Positions 10,399 to 19,796 of a stretch of DNA of 64,000 nt are shown one piece after another; positions within the stretch are counted from its first letter, which is position 1; each line of letters starts with the position of its first letter. Location of the stretch: positions 2,546-66,545 of the forward strand of contig JASGME010000004.1 in assembly GCA_030156615.1 (NCBI GenBank), given 5' to 3'. The stretch is from Candidatus Woesearchaeota archaeon. Its GTDB lineage: Archaea > Nanobdellota > Nanobdellia > Woesearchaeales > UBA119. The notes beneath the pieces are model-generated. The model was not told the origin of the DNA, did not search any database, and was given only the letters and a program-made list of their open reading frames with translations. The position numbers were made by a program, and so were the translations under genes.

Positions 10399-11298
10399 AT
10401 GAAAGTAAGAAGTATGTTCGAGGAGAAGAGAAGGAATATTATCATGTCTTATATAGTCATGGTCCTTTTCTTCTTGTTGATACTTGGTCTAGGCACATTG
10501 CTTGGGTTTGTATTAAATAATGCATGGGCAGGAGCAATTATTACAGGAATAATCTCCTTTGTGTATTTCCTCGTAATTACTATGGTTGGAAATTCAGCCA
10601 TGATGAATCTTGGAAGGGCGAAGCCAGCAGATCCACAAAAGCATCAAGAGTTGATAAACATTGTAGAAGAATTATCCATTGCTGCTGGATTTAAGAAAGC
10701 TCCTAAAGTCTATATCATTGAGGATGAAAGTCTGAATGCATTTGCAACAGGAACAAAACCTGAAAAATCAGCAGTTGCCGTTACATCAGGATTATTGAAA
10801 AAATTAAATAGGACTGAATTGGAAGGTGTTCTATCTCATGAAATTTCTCACATAAAAAACAGGGATAGCATGTTAATGCTTTATGCGATAATGTTTTCTG
10901 GTATAGTTGTAATCTTGAGTAGGATGCTCATAAGAGGTTTTATTTTTGGATCTGGATCAAGAGATAATAAAGGAGTTGCTGGTGTTATTTTAATTATAGT
11001 CGGATTGGTTCTTGCCTTGCTCGCTCCTTTGTTTGCATTACTAATCAGACTTGCTGTGAGCAGGCAAAGAGAATATGTTGCTGATGCTAACGGAGCAATC
11101 CTTACAAGATATCCAGATGGATTAGCTGATGCATTAGAAAAAATAAAAAATGAAGACCATACTGTGAAGAATATTGAACCATCAATATCGCCACTTTTTA
11201 TAGAGAACCCATTAGGAAATAAGAAACAATTCTTATCAAATCTCTTTTCTACACATCCTCCTATTGATGAAAGGATTAGAAGACTTAGAGAGATGTAA
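10399..11298 (+). CDS. htpX: Zinc metalloprotease HtpX (M48)
   Basis: NAFATG, HEISH, SRQREYVAD, STHPP; follows lemA. Confidence 0.95.
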   Translation: MKVRSMFEEKRRNIIMSYIVMVLFFLLILGLGTLLGFVLNNAWAGAIITGIISFVYFLVITMVGNSAMMNLGRAKPADPQKHQELINIVEELSIAAGFKKAPKVYIIEDESLNAFATGTKPEKSAVAVTSGLLKKLNRTELEGVLSHEISHIKNRDSMLMLYAIMFSGIVVILSRMLIRGFIFGSGSRDNKGVAGVILIIVGLVLALLAPLFALLIRLAVSRQREYVADANGAILTRYPDGLADALEKIKNEDHTVKNIEPSISPLFIENPLGNKKQFLSNLFSTHPPIDERIRRLREM

Positions 11299-11610
11299 TA
11301 AAGCAAAAGGAAAGCTAATGAAAAAACTCATGAGCTTGAATATAAAAACAAAATTTTAAAGAGTCTTGAAATTAATATTTAATTTTAAAAAAATCTCATC
11401 TTAAGAAAAATATTCTAAAAAAAGTTGTTAAATTGTGAATAGTTTATTATATACATTAGAAATTCTCCCTAAAATGGTTAAAACTCTCTTTTGAAAAAAT
11501 TTATTTCAAATAAAAATTCATCATGAACTCGAATATAAAAAAAGATTGAGGATAAAAAAATAAATATGTTTATAAAGAATAAAAACAAAGAGTATCGAAG
11601 AGGCGACAAT

Positions 11611-11820
11611 ATGCCAACTAAAAAAACTACTAAAGGAACAAAAAAAGGAGCAGCCAAGAAAACTGCAAAGAAGGCTACAACATCTAAAAAAGCAAAACCA
11701 AAAGCAACAAAACCCAAATCAACAACAGGGAAAAAGGTAGCTTCAAAGACTAAGGCTGTTGCTAAAAAAGGCACTACTAAGAAAGCAAAAGCCACTAAAA
11801 AAACAGTTAAGAAGAAATAG
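11611..11820 (+). CDS. Histone H1-like Lys/Ala/Thr-rich small basic protein (69 aa)
   Basis: MPTKKTTKGTKKGAAKK...; 29 Lys, no acidic residues; GAGG SD before ATG 11611. Confidence 0.8.
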   Translation: MPTKKTTKGTKKGAAKKTAKKATTSKKAKPKATKPKSTTGKKVASKTKAVAKKGTTKKAKATKKTVKKK

Positions 11821-11847
11821 AAATTAAGAGATGATCATTGTGGCTTT

Positions 11848-11886
11848 GTTCTTTATTTTTTTATTTTTTTATTTCTTTGCTTTTTA
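11848..11886 (+). terminator. T-rich archaeal-type terminator region
   Basis: Several oligo-T runs directly after the H1-like gene, between convergent genes. Confidence 0.45.
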
Positions 11887-11893
11887 GGAATTC

Positions 11894-12520
11894 TTAATAT
11901 TTTATCAAAACTAATGCTGTTGAAGCAATCTGAATTCCGTCCATTGTAATATTCTTCTCTATTTCATCTTTTTCTACTAAAGTGATAAGCTCATTTTTTT
12001 GATATTGCTCTAAGATTTTGTTTTTTATCCCTTCAGAAAAATTCACATCAAATAATTCAAGAAATCTTATTGTCTCTTTACCAATTTGCCCAAGCCTGTC
12101 AGTAATTCCCTTGTCGATATAGCAACCAACATACTTTATTCTTATCTCTTCTTCTGAAAAAGAATCCAGAAGTTTTGATTCATCAACTAATTCTTCTTTT
12201 ATTTCTCTATAAGGAGTAATCTCCCTTTCAATTCTTTTATAGAACCAATCTTGGAACTTTAACAAATGTTTCTTTGGCATTGAAAGACGAAGCTCATTCT
12301 CTTCTTGATTCTCAAATTCAGCATCAAACTTATTCTTTAGGTATTCAATAGCAGAAGGTTCAATCTTTATTGCTCCACCTACAGGAGTATAAATCCTCTT
12401 ATTTTCCTTCAATCTGCTTTTGTTTAAAATCAAAAGATATCTTCCAGAAATAATTATCCTGTCTATTGATGCTGCACTTATTCTGATTCTACTGTCCATC
12501 TTTGTATCTTCATTTGACAT
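11894..12520 (-). CDS. SMODS-associated NUDIX-like domain protein (standalone)
   Basis: IRISAA..RI...GRYLL, YTPVGG, ELRL, partial Nudix box REIKEEL. Confidence 0.65.
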   Translation of the reverse strand: MSNEDTKMDSRIRISAASIDRIIISGRYLLILNKSRLKENKRIYTPVGGAIKIEPSAIEYLKNKFDAEFENQEENELRLSMPKKHLLKFQDWFYKRIEREITPYREIKEELVDESKLLDSFSEEEIRIKYVGCYIDKGITDRLGQIGKETIRFLELFDVNFSEGIKNKILEQYQKNELITLVEKDEIEKNITMDGIQIASTALVLIKY

Positions 12521-12645
12521 ATTAAATTTAAATACTTCATTATATTAAAATTAATCTATATGAATCTCGGAAAAATCATTGAAAAAGATTAAATCAGATG
12601 AATTCTCAAATCATAATTATCAAATCATATAAAATTCTTTTGCTA

Positions 12646-14280
12646 TCAATCTCTTGATATTATCTCAAGCATCTTAGCGAATGCAGGTCTCGTTATTAAT
12701 ACGCCAACACTAATTCCTACAAGGGTTGTAAATGCAAATCCCCTTAGAAGACCAGCACCAGCGAAGAATAAAGGTATCATTGCCACTGCTGTAGTGAAGA
12801 AAGCTCCAAGCACGATAAAGAATGCATTTGAGAATCTCTTCTTCCAATTAACATATTTCTCTTTTCTAGAACCCTTAAGGATTTCATCAGATATTACTAT
12901 CTGATCATCAATGCCACTGCCAATAGCAATAATTAAACCACCTATTGCGGCTAAATCCAAATTCCAATTAAATGCAGCTGCAATTCCTAATGTTATTACT
13001 AATTCAGAAATCATTACAATTATTATTGGCAGAATAATATGAGGTGTTTTATAGCGGAGGAACAGCATTAAAACTACTACAATAACTGCTACTAATCCAA
13101 TTTGTATCGAATTAACAAGAAATTCTCTGCCAAGCATAGGTGAAAGAGAATCCATCTTGATAATTTCTATCTTTAATGGAAGACTTCCTGTGGAAATTAT
13201 TGTCCTCAAGCTCTCCATATTTTTCCTGCTTGCTTCAACAGCCTCCTCTCTTGTTTTTCCATAACCCGGTCCCGATATTGAGACCGTTGTTGCTGGAACT
13301 CCTCTTAAATCCCCTGCAATATTCAAGCTGTCAACTAACTCATCATCTAAGTAGAAGTCTATTGTTTCATTCAAATAGGATTGAGCCCCTCCTTGACTTT
13401 GAATTATCTGAAGATCTTTTGTAGCTTCTGCAAACCTTTGGGCTGCTTCTTCTGAAAGTGTAATCTGAAAAGAGAAAGTGCACATATATTCATCAGCAGA
13501 AATCTTTGAGCATCCCTTCTGTGGATCAACTGCATAACTGCATTGTGAAGTTCTACAAACAGAAGTTATATCTTCATTTCCGCCTCTAAAAACTGTTGTA
13601 TTGCCTATCTTCGCCTCAAATTTTCCCTGCTGGGATATAAGTTGCCTAACATCTTCATCATTGGCACCTGCAACCTCAACAATTATGAAATTCTCGCCTT
13701 CCAAATCTCTTGCAGACCTAACAACAATATCTGAAAGACCAAAAGCATTCAACCTTTGTCTCAAATTTTCAATTACTAAATCAAGGTCTTCCTGAGAGAC
13801 CAAAGATGAATTATCAGATGATTGATTCCCTTCTATGTTTGGTATTGGTCTGATTATTGCTCTTGTACCTCCTTCTAAATCCAGTCCAAACTTAAGATTT
13901 GTTTTTGGGGCATCATATACCGATAATCCTAAATAAGGTTCTCCATTCCTGTACTCTATTTTTGGAATGAAATATTCAGCTTTGTTTGTTTTTATCAGAA
14001 TAGATTGATTCTCTTTTAATGTTGAGACGATTGAATAATAATCATCTATGTTTTTAACCTGCATAGAATTTATTTCAGTTATTACTTCCCTATCAATAGG
14101 CATTGTATTTGGTAAAGGAGGCGTTATGTTTGCAAGGTGTGCAGGGCTATCCTTGGCTACCGCTCTTATTGAAACCCCTTCTCTAAAAGGATGAGGATTT
14201 ATTGCTACAATAGCCAATACTAATGCAAATATCAAAAGCCATATTCTCCATTCCTTAAGAAGCATTTTGATTTTTCCCAT
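12646..14280 (-). CDS. secD: Protein translocase subunit SecD
   Basis: GLDLEGG, GSLP, GIDDQIVI, LRGFA; start taken as ATG 14280. Confidence 0.93.
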   Translation of the reverse strand: MGKIKMLLKEWRIWLLIFALVLAIVAINPHPFREGVSIRAVAKDSPAHLANITPPLPNTMPIDREVITEINSMQVKNIDDYYSIVSTLKENQSILIKTNKAEYFIPKIEYRNGEPYLGLSVYDAPKTNLKFGLDLEGGTRAIIRPIPNIEGNQSSDNSSLVSQEDLDLVIENLRQRLNAFGLSDIVVRSARDLEGENFIIVEVAGANDEDVRQLISQQGKFEAKIGNTTVFRGGNEDITSVCRTSQCSYAVDPQKGCSKISADEYMCTFSFQITLSEEAAQRFAEATKDLQIIQSQGGAQSYLNETIDFYLDDELVDSLNIAGDLRGVPATTVSISGPGYGKTREEAVEASRKNMESLRTIISTGSLPLKIEIIKMDSLSPMLGREFLVNSIQIGLVAVIVVVLMLFLRYKTPHIILPIIIVMISELVITLGIAAAFNWNLDLAAIGGLIIAIGSGIDDQIVISDEILKGSRKEKYVNWKKRFSNAFFIVLGAFFTTAVAMIPLFFAGAGLLRGFAFTTLVGISVGVLITRPAFAKMLEIISRD

Positions 14281-14281
14281 T

Positions 14282-15298
14282 CTATTTGTCCCCTTTCTTT
14301 TCAAGATGCATTCTCAAGATTCCAACATTCATTAGCCAAGTGTTCATCAAATCTATTATTAATCCTATAAAGACAATTGCCATAATCTGGATTATTACAT
14401 CTGAAGAAGATAATATTAATGCAATTGTGATTGCAATTAAAGTAGTTAAAGACATCATTATCCCGGTACTGAAAGCATCCTTTGTTCTTTCAAATATGGT
14501 TCCTATCTTGTTTTTTGTTAGTCTCGTTGTTAATAATATATCTGAATCAACAGAATAACCAATTAGCATCAGAAACCCAGCTATGCCTGCAGTAGATATC
14601 CTCATTCCAAGGAGATTTGTAATAGCGATTGTACCAATAATATCAAATACTGCAGAAAGGATTACGGCTACAGATGGCACAATTTTTTTGAAATAAAGAA
14701 TTACAACAACTCCCATCATAATAAAAGCCAATAATAAAGCTATCAAGACTTGCCTAAAAAAGTTTTCACTCAAAGAAGAGCTAATTGTCTCAAGTGAATA
14801 TTCGTCTTCTTTTAATTCTCCTATAGTTTGCTTAACTAAATCAAGAAAATAATCCGCCTCTGATTCATCTATTCCTGCTTCTATTATATATGATTGCGAG
14901 GATGTCGACCTGATAATCCTGGCTATGACATCTGCATCAGGTAAAAGAGTCTCTAATTGGCTTTGAAGTTCTTCAGGTGAAATATCAAGATTCTTGTTCA
15001 GAGTTATAGAAATCCCGCCTTTCAAAGTGATTCCCTTATGAATGATTTCACCAGTTGTTGCATAACTTATTATTAGAACTATAATTGAAAATATTATGAA
15101 TGCGAAAGGAATAATCATTAGTTTTTTATAATTCTTATCAAAGAAATTCCCAATATTCCTATTCTTGAAATTCTTAAATAAGCCATTTAATCCATTGAAA
15201 GATGATTTTCCTTCTTTTAAATGCTTCTTAGTCTTATTATTCGTCTCATCTCTTGATTTTGAAGTCTCTTCATTGCGATTTTCTTTGTTTGAACTCAT
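14282..15298 (-). CDS. secF: Protein translocase subunit SecF
   Basis: GITLKGG, LMLIGYSVDSDILLT, DLMNTW. Confidence 0.93.
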   Translation of the reverse strand: MSSNKENRNEETSKSRDETNNKTKKHLKEGKSSFNGLNGLFKNFKNRNIGNFFDKNYKKLMIIPFAFIIFSIIVLIISYATTGEIIHKGITLKGGISITLNKNLDISPEELQSQLETLLPDADVIARIIRSTSSQSYIIEAGIDESEADYFLDLVKQTIGELKEDEYSLETISSSLSENFFRQVLIALLLAFIMMGVVVILYFKKIVPSVAVILSAVFDIIGTIAITNLLGMRISTAGIAGFLMLIGYSVDSDILLTTRLTKNKIGTIFERTKDAFSTGIMMSLTTLIAITIALILSSSDVIIQIMAIVFIGLIIDLMNTWLMNVGILRMHLEKKGDK

Positions 15299-15369
15299 CC
15301 TTTTCCCTCAGAGTTAATTTATTTGTGACAAAATGAAGCAATTAATAAATCTTTCGCATGATTAGAATA

Positions 15370-16398
15370 TTACCTTTTATGAACTTTTATTGGGGAAGGA
15401 AAAAGAATTCGTTGATATAGAATCAGAACATCTATATTTGAAAGCTTGTCATTATAATATTTTCTTAATTTACTTATAAATTGTTGAAGTATTTTTAAAT
15501 CATTTGTAGCCAAAACTGCAATGTAATTCCATTTGCCTATTGCATGAAAGGCTTCTATAATGTATGGCTTTTCAGCGAGGAAAGCTTTGAAGTTACTTTT
15601 TGATTCCTGACTAACTAAATTAAGACTCATCAACACATAATATCCATGAATCCCAAAGATTGAAAGCTTAACCTTTGTTGAGAATGAACTAATTAATCCA
15701 GAATTCTCTATATGCTTCTTTCTGTATATAAGATTACCAATGCTCATATCAGTCTTTAGATTTTGCTTCATCTCTGTAATCTTTATTCTAGAATTGGAAA
15801 TGAGCTCATTCAATATTCCTTCATCAATTTTCTCTAAGCTTATTAGTTTCTCGTCTCTCTTTTTTTCAACAATCTTTTTAAAATGTTCTCCTTCCGAATA
15901 TGCCCATGGAACACTCCTGTTAACAACAATTTCCTTGATGTCAAAAAGTTCAAGCTCAGTAATATCATCATAAAGAATATCCGAGATATTGTCAATGAAA
16001 TAAGAAGCCTCTTTTATATCATAAAGAAGCAGTTTTATGCAGAAATCTATTTTATCAGTAAACTCTGCGACCTCTAAAACCCTGTAATCTGATGTTAAAA
16101 ATGCATAAAGTTTATCCCTTTTCTCTTGTCCTATCTCTTTTATCTGAAGAAATAATCCATAGACAGAATAACCCAAATCCAAATAGTTTATCTGTGCAGT
16201 TGGCCATATAATCCCTTTTTCCTCTAATTGTGATATCTTTTTTCTTACCCCCTCGCTAGAGAGACGAATAAGGCGTCCAAGCTCATTATTGGAAAGGCGA
16301 GAATTATCTGAAAGGAAATAAAGGAGCTTCTTAGTTTTCTCATCTAATTTATCTTGCTTAAGCTCCGCCTCATTTATTTGAAAGAATCCTCTTTCCAT
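15370..16398 (-). CDS. Lrp/AsnC family regulator with duplicated HTH-RAM units
   Basis: Two HTH starts (LSDNSRLS, LISNSRIK), each followed by a RAM-like domain. Confidence 0.85.
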   Translation of the reverse strand: MERGFFQINEAELKQDKLDEKTKKLLYFLSDNSRLSNNELGRLIRLSSEGVRKKISQLEEKGIIWPTAQINYLDLGYSVYGLFLQIKEIGQEKRDKLYAFLTSDYRVLEVAEFTDKIDFCIKLLLYDIKEASYFIDNISDILYDDITELELFDIKEIVVNRSVPWAYSEGEHFKKIVEKKRDEKLISLEKIDEGILNELISNSRIKITEMKQNLKTDMSIGNLIYRKKHIENSGLISSFSTKVKLSIFGIHGYYVLMSLNLVSQESKSNFKAFLAEKPYIIEAFHAIGKWNYIAVLATNDLKILQQFISKLRKYYNDKLSNIDVLILYQRILFPSPIKVHKR

Positions 16399-16631
16399 TT
16401 TTATGTTTTTGTAAATAGTTATTTATATACTTTTCGCATTTTAACAATAAAAACAAGATAAAAGATGATTTAGTTAAGTAGTAATAACTAATCTTAATTA
16501 TGAAACTTAGGAAAAATTATATTGATAAATTTAATAAATAAACACAAACAGGATAAAAATAACATATAAAATTACATTATATATAAAAAACACTAAAAAT
16601 AATAACTAAAAACACTAAAAACAACTAAAAA

Positions 16632-17099
16632 ATGAAAATCATCAGCAATAAGAATCTAAGAGGACTTGCTTTAATTGACATTATTGCAGGTTTTATTCTT
16701 GTAATTGCTTTATTAAGTTTGATTATTCTAAATGAAAATGAAATCGCTCAAAGAGCAATGCAGTTCCTTTGCTTATTTTCTCTTTGTATCTTCATTAGCG
16801 GTTCAACTGCCTATTTTATTCTTTCAAATATTGCATACAAACTAAGGAAAATCAGAAAGACTGTCAAATCATTTCTTCAACTGCTTAATGATGACGAGAG
16901 AAAGATTGTCTTATTCTTATTAAAGAATGGCGAAAGCAGTCAGAATGAGATTGCAAATTCTACTCATATAAATAAGATGAAGGTCTCGAGGAGAGTTAAA
17001 TCTCTTCAGCAGAAAGGAATCCTTCAGAGCGAATCTGTTGGCCTTAAAAATAAAATTAAGCTTAATAAAAACATTAAGGAATTATTTGATTTAATTTAA
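16632..17099 (+). CDS. Membrane-anchored winged-helix protein
   Basis: Two TM helices, then LNDDERKIV...SQNEI...KMKVSR HTH. Confidence 0.8.
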   Translation: MKIISNKNLRGLALIDIIAGFILVIALLSLIILNENEIAQRAMQFLCLFSLCIFISGSTAYFILSNIAYKLRKIRKTVKSFLQLLNDDERKIVLFLLKNGESSQNEIANSTHINKMKVSRRVKSLQQKGILQSESVGLKNKIKLNKNIKELFDLI

Positions 17100-17931
17100 G
17101 TCCTGAAGTTCTTTCTACCTCGTATCCTCTTTTGAGAAGCTCTTTTGATATCTCTCTTATTTTGTCTTTATATGGCCCTAATCCTTTCCAGTCAATCAGA
17201 AGAATTGAGGCTTCAATTGAGCTTGACTTCATTGCTGAAATAGCAATCTCCAAATTAAAATCATTAAGATTATATCTTGGGCATATGTGTGAAATTGCAT
17301 ATTCTTTGCTTTTATAGACCTTTTGAAAATTATGACAATAATGTGGCCCTCCAACACCTACTGCCACCTTATATTGAAACGAAGATGAAAATATCTGTTG
17401 AAGAGTTTGAAATATCGTATCAGAGATAACCTTAGCCATAGCTTTATTAATCCAGTTTTCATAAGAAGAGCCTATCTCAATATAACAACAAGGAATTCTT
17501 GTATAGGGCCCATGATGAGTGCATTCCGGGGTAACAATCGTTCCTTGAGAATTCCTTAGAAGATTCAAAAATGCAAGCTTTTGAAATTCAACCCATGAGC
17601 AAGAAACAGATGAAGCCTTACCTCCTAAAATAGGCGAAGAACTAAAATTGCCCGGCGTATGAACTGAAAAAGAAGTAATGCCACTGGAGCTCTTGTGTTT
17701 TGATGGAAAAATTAAATAGTTACAATTAGCCAATTCCTCAAAATCCTCAATATAAATTGAATCAATAGGAAATGTTTTTGCAATTATCTCATAATCTATA
17801 AATTGATTGTTAACTAACAGCCCTTCTTCAGATTCTGTTAAACGATGCTGTTCAATCATCACCTCTCTTATATTTATAGATGCCTCGTCTTTTTCAGAAA
17901 AGACAAACCCAATCCTTTTTTTAATTCCCAT
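17074..17931 (-). CDS. dtdA: D-aminoacyl-tRNA deacylase (archaeal DTD2/GEK1 type)
   Basis: SKHKS, VHTPGN, ECTHHGP, IEIGS, GGPHY. Confidence 0.92.
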   Translation of the reverse strand: MGIKKRIGFVFSEKDEASINIREVMIEQHRLTESEEGLLVNNQFIDYEIIAKTFPIDSIYIEDFEELANCNYLIFPSKHKSSSGITSFSVHTPGNFSSSPILGGKASSVSCSWVEFQKLAFLNLLRNSQGTIVTPECTHHGPYTRIPCCYIEIGSSYENWINKAMAKVISDTIFQTLQQIFSSSFQYKVAVGVGGPHYCHNFQKVYKSKEYAISHICPRYNLNDFNLEIAISAMKSSSIEASILLIDWKGLGPYKDKIREISKELLKRGYEVERTSGLKLNQIIP

Positions 17932-17981
17932 GAATAAGCAGCCACAAAAAATATTTAAAAAACTTTTCTTTCCCAATTCAT

Positions 17982-18587
17982 ATGAAACTATTAGCTTTTG
18001 GCGATGTTCATGGAAATGAGGAATCTTTAAAAAATATAGAAAAAAAGAGTAAAAATTGCGATATTCTCGCAGGGTGTGGCGATTTCTCTATCTTTGAAGA
18101 TGGCTTAGAAAGAACGTTAATACATTTAAATAACCTCAAAAGGCCAGTTGTTTTGATTCACGGCAATCATGAATATGAAGAAGATATGAGACTATTAAGT
18201 GAAGGAAAAGAAAATCTTTTCTTCATACATAAAGGATATGCAATAATTATGGATTTTGTTTTCTTCGGATTTGGAGGTGGGGGATTCTCAGAAAGATTCC
18301 CGGATCTCGACAAAATGATGAAAAAGATGTTGAATGATGTTAAGAGGTTTAAAAAAGAAAATAAGAAGATTATTTTTCTTAGCCACGCGTCTCCATACGA
18401 TACATTACTGGATTCAATAGGAGACAATTCAAAGCTTGGAAACAAATCAATAAGAAAATTTATTGAAGAAGCAGAACCATTGTTGGCCTTGTCTGGTCAT
18501 CTTCACGAGAATTTTGGCAAGCAGGATATCTTGAAAAAGACTCTTTTGGTAAATCCAGGTCCTAACGGCATGATTTTTAATCTATAA
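17982..18587 (+). CDS. Metallophosphoesterase (Icc-like)
   Basis: GDVHG, CGD, GNHE, SHASP, GHLHE, NPGP. Confidence 0.9.
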   Translation: MKLLAFGDVHGNEESLKNIEKKSKNCDILAGCGDFSIFEDGLERTLIHLNNLKRPVVLIHGNHEYEEDMRLLSEGKENLFFIHKGYAIIMDFVFFGFGGGGFSERFPDLDKMMKKMLNDVKRFKKENKKIIFLSHASPYDTLLDSIGDNSKLGNKSIRKFIEEAEPLLALSGHLHENFGKQDILKKTLLVNPGPNGMIFNL

Positions 18588-18713
18588 ACATCTTTTAATT
18601 CATTAGAATCTGTTTCTCAAATGATTCTCAGAAGTTTAAATATTGAAATTGATAAGCATATTCTCATTCAGTCTCATCGTAGAATTATAATAGTCTCAAT
18701 GAAGTCTCAAAAT

Positions 18714-18736
18714 TTCCACTGGAAACAAAGGGGTGT
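18714..18736 (+). promoter_or_regulatory. Origin recognition box (ORB) copy 1
   Basis: TTCCACTGGAAACAAAGGGGTGT: dyad TTCCA-C-TGGAA plus G-string, matching the archaeal ORB consensus. Confidence 0.85.
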
Positions 18737-18780
18737 TTAAAACAATCCCTTTCAGCTCTTATCAAAATTAAAGATAAAAG

Positions 18781-18803
18781 TTCCACTGGAAACAAAGGGG
18801 TGT
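18781..18803 (+). promoter_or_regulatory. Origin recognition box (ORB) copy 2
   Basis: Identical 23-bp copy, 67 bp downstream in direct orientation. Confidence 0.85.
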
Positions 18804-18904
18804 CTCAAATAAGTCTCAATCAAGTCTCAAAATAGTCTTAGTTAAGTCTTCCTTTATAAACTAAAAAAACAAAATTTAAATAGTATGAGACTAAAATAAT
18901 CGAT

Positions 18905-19372
18905 ATGGGGGAAAATCAAAAAGATGCTTATTCTATAGAAAATGTTCTAATTAAGATAGTAGATTCTTTAGATTCCCTTAAAAAAGAGATAAAACAGATA
19001 AAAGAAGATATTAAAGCCAATGAAACTCTTAACAAGGCTCTAATTGAAAGAGTAGAGAAAGTTGAATCCTTATACGAGGATTTAACTAAAGGTGCAACTA
19101 AGAAAGAGTTAGCAGAAAGAAATCAAAGAAAATTAAAAACAGAAAACCAACAAATCGATGCATTAGAAGAAGAGATGCTTGATTCTCTTGAGAAGAAAAG
19201 AAAGGAAGTAATCAAGATGAAAATATTCGGATTGATGAAATCAAATACAATGAGTTTAACAGAAATAAGAAAATTGATAGTAGATAAACTTGGTTATTGC
19301 TCTAAAGCCACTTTTTATAGGTATATCCGTGAGTTATCTCCTCTTCTTAAAGAAAAAGAAGTTTATAAATAG
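18905..19372 (+). CDS. Coiled-coil plus C-terminal winged-helix protein next to the putative origin
   Basis: Heptad-rich N-terminus; MSLTEIRKLIVDKLGYCSKATFYRYIREL HTH-like end. Confidence 0.75.
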   Translation: MGENQKDAYSIENVLIKIVDSLDSLKKEIKQIKEDIKANETLNKALIERVEKVESLYEDLTKGATKKELAERNQRKLKTENQQIDALEEEMLDSLEKKRKEVIKMKIFGLMKSNTMSLTEIRKLIVDKLGYCSKATFYRYIRELSPLLKEKEVYK

Positions 19373-19419
19373 ATTAGCTTAATTTTTACTGTAAATTCCT
19401 CAGTATAACTATTTTAACA

Positions 19420-19773
19420 ATGGTAAAAATAAAAATTGTTCATAATGGAACTATAATTGCAGATGATGTAAAAGAGCTTAAAGGCAATTTAGAAAAGGCA
19501 AGAGGCCTTCTTTTTAGAAAAAGGATAGCAAAAAACGAGGCTTTTATATTTATCTTTGATAAAGAAGATTATTGGAGTTTTCATATGTTTTTTATGTTTT
19601 ATCCTATTGATATCCTCTGGTTAGATAAAAATAAAGTAGTTGTTGATTTAGTCAAAAATTTTAAACCATGGCGATTTAATAGGCCAAAAAGAAAAGCCAA
19701 GTTTGTTATTGAACTTCCAAGCGGAACCATAGAAAAATTAAACATAGTTGATGGAACAAAAATAGATTTTTAA
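19420..19773 (+). CDS. DUF192 family protein
   Basis: RGLLFR, HMFFMFYPIDILWLD, VIELPSG. Confidence 0.92.
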   Translation: MVKIKIVHNGTIIADDVKELKGNLEKARGLLFRKRIAKNEAFIFIFDKEDYWSFHMFFMFYPIDILWLDKNKVVVDLVKNFKPWRFNRPKRKAKFVIELPSGTIEKLNIVDGTKIDF

Positions 19774-19796
19774 TAAAAAAAATAAAAATAATTCAT

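Larger units (their letters stand above)
18613..18892. repeat. Array of AGTCTCAA-like short repeats, mostly phased at 11 bp
   Basis: Copies start at about 18613, 18624, 18660, 18670, 18692, 18703, 18801, 18812, 18823, 18834, 18845; inverted TGAGACT at 18886. Confidence 0.8.

Noticed and set aside
11478..11795. Hydrophobic 105-aa minus-strand ORF
   Set aside because: Antisense shadow of the Lys-rich gene (AAA codons read as TTT)
16585..16632. Repeated (C/A)ACTAAAAA units upstream of the membrane wHTH gene
   Set aside because: Low complexity with irregular spacing; not distinguishable from slippage
18714..18803. CRISPR-like repeat pair (23 bp, 44-bp gap)
   Set aside because: Sequence matches the ORB consensus and only two copies exist
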